DNA of 64,000 bases from Pelomyxa schiedti (taxonomy: Eukaryota; Protista; Evosea). The position numbers were made by a program, and so were the translations under genes. Below are positions 61,301 to 64,000 of this stretch, piece by piece; the first letter of the stretch is position 1, and every line of letters begins with the position of its first letter. The DNA lies in assembly GCA_020536535.1 (NCBI GenBank), contig JAHLWZ010000839.1, positions 1 to 64,000 on the forward strand, written 5' to 3'. The notes beneath the pieces are model-generated. The model was given only the letters and a program-made list of their open reading frames with translations. It was not told the origin of the DNA and searched no databases.

Positions 61301-64000
61301 TACACACCGAGATTAAAACAATACAGTTGTGTTCCTTGATGAACCCAGCAGGTTATGAGTCTTTGTTTCATCAAGTAAGTTAACATATTCAAGTGGTGTA
61401 GACACACTTTCAAGGAGTAAAATATGGAAGCTTCTGAAGACCACAAAAGAAAATAAAACTGTTGTTCTCACCACTCATAGCATGGAAGGTGAATTTACTT
61501 TACCTGTTTCACAATATGCTCAAAACAAACAACCACAGAGGCTGACTTTTTAAGCGATCAGATCTTCATAATGGCAAACGGAAAGGTGAGTTCCCAAACC
61601 AAATTAGAGAAATTTTTCCCCTTAAAAACCCAACAACAGCTTCGATGTGGAGGGACTCCTCAATTCCTCAAACAAAGGTAGTTACACCAACAAGACACTT
61701 GACTACATTACCACTAAACACTAGATACGGAATTGGATATTATCTTCACATCAACAAAACCTCCTCATGCGTAACAGCTGATGTAATGTCTTTTCTATCC
61801 AAAATCATTTCTGAACCAAAGCTGTGCAATGAATCACATAGTAATTTGGATATTCTCCTTCCACGCGCAGAAACTCACCACTTCAGCTCTCTTTTTGAAG
61901 TATAGATCTCTTTCTATACTTAAAATTGACTGGGTACCAGCAATTAGAAGCACTAAAGGATGGACTACAAATAGAAAGCTATGGGCTATCAAACACTTCT
62001 CTAGAAGATGTGTTTCTTCGCATAACTAGCACAGCCACAGCACCAGAAATCTCTGGTGAATCCCCTGGTATCCAACCCAAACTGGGTGTTCAAACACCAG
62101 ACGAGCCAGAGGAAGAAGCTCCATTGATGAATGAAGAGGCATCTCCTTTTCTTTTGCATTCCACTGTGCCTTACGCATTCTTCTCCTTATAGCATATTGA
62201 TGTTGCAGCAACTATGTTTGACCAATTATATGCTTTATGTAAGCAAAGGTTTCTGTTAAATTGGGCAAGTATTCGGGAATATAACCTTCGAAAATGGCTG
62301 ACCGCAACCTTTTTCATGTAGCGTAATTGGAAACAACTTATATTTGCTATCATTGCTCCAGCCATCATTGTTTTGATTATTCTTATCCCACTTGAGGTTA
62401 CTTTTATCTGCCCTTGTTTTTGTTATAAAAAAAACAAACAAAAAAAAAAAAAGCTCACTGCATACGCTATGCCTCAAGCTAAAGTGGAAAATCAAGAAGT
62501 TTCCCTTTCTGATTTTGCTCCATTAGAAATTCCTTATCTTGTATATCCAGGTTTGGAAGAGTTATTTCTTACACCCAGATCTAAAATATGATTTCAGGAT
62601 GTAATCCACTAGATGTCTCGCATTTCATAAATGTTTCAAGCGCGGTTGGCTTTGATGTAAACTTCACCCAGATGACAGATTTGGGTACACTGGAAAACTA
62701 TACAATGGACAAACAGGGCTTTATCCTTGCGTTGCTATTCAATAGCTTCAGTATTCAAAATTTAGTTTTCAATGTCACTGTATTTTTTCCCCTCTAAACA
62801 ATCCCAACATTACTTATGTTTACCTTAAGCTGATGTATAATCAAAGTGAACCAAACTCCCCGGTAGCTTCACTCAATTTCTTATCCAACTCTCTGGCTTC
62901 ATCTCTCGATTTAAATTATTACGTGACTGCAAATAGCTATCCTCTCCCTAGTGCTACTTATGGTATTCCAGAGAATTTCCTTGCGTTTCTCCCAAACTTC
63001 CTTCCAGAGTCGACTGCAGCAATCTCCTCTTATGTTTATTTCATGTTTTTGCTCGGGTTGATGGTAGTAAGTGCCTTGGGGGCAAAACACCTTGTTTTCC
63101 AGAGAGAAACTATGCTACGCTCACAGATGTATTTGTCTGGCCTACGGTTACCACCCTATTTCTCTTTTTTTCTCTTACCATTCTAGAATCTCTGTCTATA
63201 TCATGACAAACTGGTTGGCTGACATTCTCATTTTACTTCCTGGTGTAGTCCTTGTGTGGGCTACTTTTTGGGCCTTCCAAGTATCCTTCTTTTTCTGTTC
63301 TCATACCTTACGCGTTTCAGGTCCCTGGATTGACGGGAATTTTATTTATTCCCTTCATGCTGTTGTGCATTCTATTTATCATTTCCCTGGTGATAATGAA
63401 CCACGCCATTTCTAATTTATTCTCTAAATCAGAGTTTTGCCTAAGTAAGAGTTCCGTACAAATTCTGGTTCTAATGTTAGCCATGTAGAATGGATTGTAA
63501 TAATCAATTTCTGCATCACACTCATACCAATTGCTGTTATGTGTGCCTCACTCTCCCTAGTATTTTTCTTATGAGCTTCTTTTTTGCAACAGATCTTTAC
63601 TTCTCATTTTTAATCAAACTGGGCAACTAGGGGAGGTTATTACTGAAGTTTCTCCTTATATTGCCAACTGCCTTCCTTCCTCTGCATTCGTTTCTGGAAT
63701 GAGGTCCTATAAAGATTGTATGCCCCAACTGTCTTATATCCAGCAGTTATCTTGCGGCTTTGACAAATTCTGTCAAGAAGCCCACAATCTCGGATGCTTT
63801 CACTTGGGACAGCAAATTTCCACTGAGCTTACTGGCCATATCCCTTGAAACATTAATACTTGCCACTATTTTGGTTTTATTCGAGTATTTGTCACAAAGG
63901 GTAAATATGTCAAAGAAACCATTCACGTATGCTCTTAAGATTTGCTTATTAGTTTGTTTCACATATCTAATAGCCGTCTTCTCCACGAGAACCCACTTGA
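58303..64000 (+). CDS. ABC transporter subfamily A (3' end beyond the window)
   Basis: [53 protein letters not shown], Walker [16 protein letters not shown]|[59 protein letters not shown]. Confidence 0.95.

Noticed and set aside
1-64000. Alternative genetic code or widespread pseudogenisation suggested by fragmented ORFs
   Set aside because: In the genes checked, interruptions resolve as short introns, and TAA, TAG and TGA all serve as true terminal stops.

Overview
Gene-dense, intron-rich eukaryotic (protist) genomic DNA using the standard genetic code, with many 40-60 nt spliceosomal introns and roughly 75-500 bp between genes. The ORF track therefore shows exon fragments, and the gene models here were spliced by hand. 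Gene content and family style suggest an amoebozoan, possibly an archamoeba such as Pelomyxa; this is an inference from memory, not a search result. About 16 genes plus one probable pseudogene fragment, in order: SH3-SH3/coiled-coil adaptor, LRR-Ras chimera, intronless hypothetical protein, formin, CCHC zinc-knuckle/MLLE protein, membrane PAS adenylyl cyclase, giant Ig-repeat STRA6-like membrane protein, CPSF1, F-box/Arf/UBA chimera, tandem ERI1-like exonuclease with a qRRM, NEURL4-type ADP-ribosyltransferase-like/TIG protein, aldo-keto reductase, cysteinyl-tRNA synthetase, 3xCH-DH-PH RhoGEF, GH16 glucanase, and an ABCA transporter truncated by the window end. No rRNA, tRNA, CRISPR array or transposon was recognised. 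The most notable signals are unusual domain fusions (F-box-Arf-UBA; CNBP-like knuckles with MLLE; STRA6-like core with Ig repeats; degenerate plus intact ERI1 pair with qRRM; His-less ART with TIG; LRR-Ras with G12D/Q61N-like residues) and relaxed splice signals.
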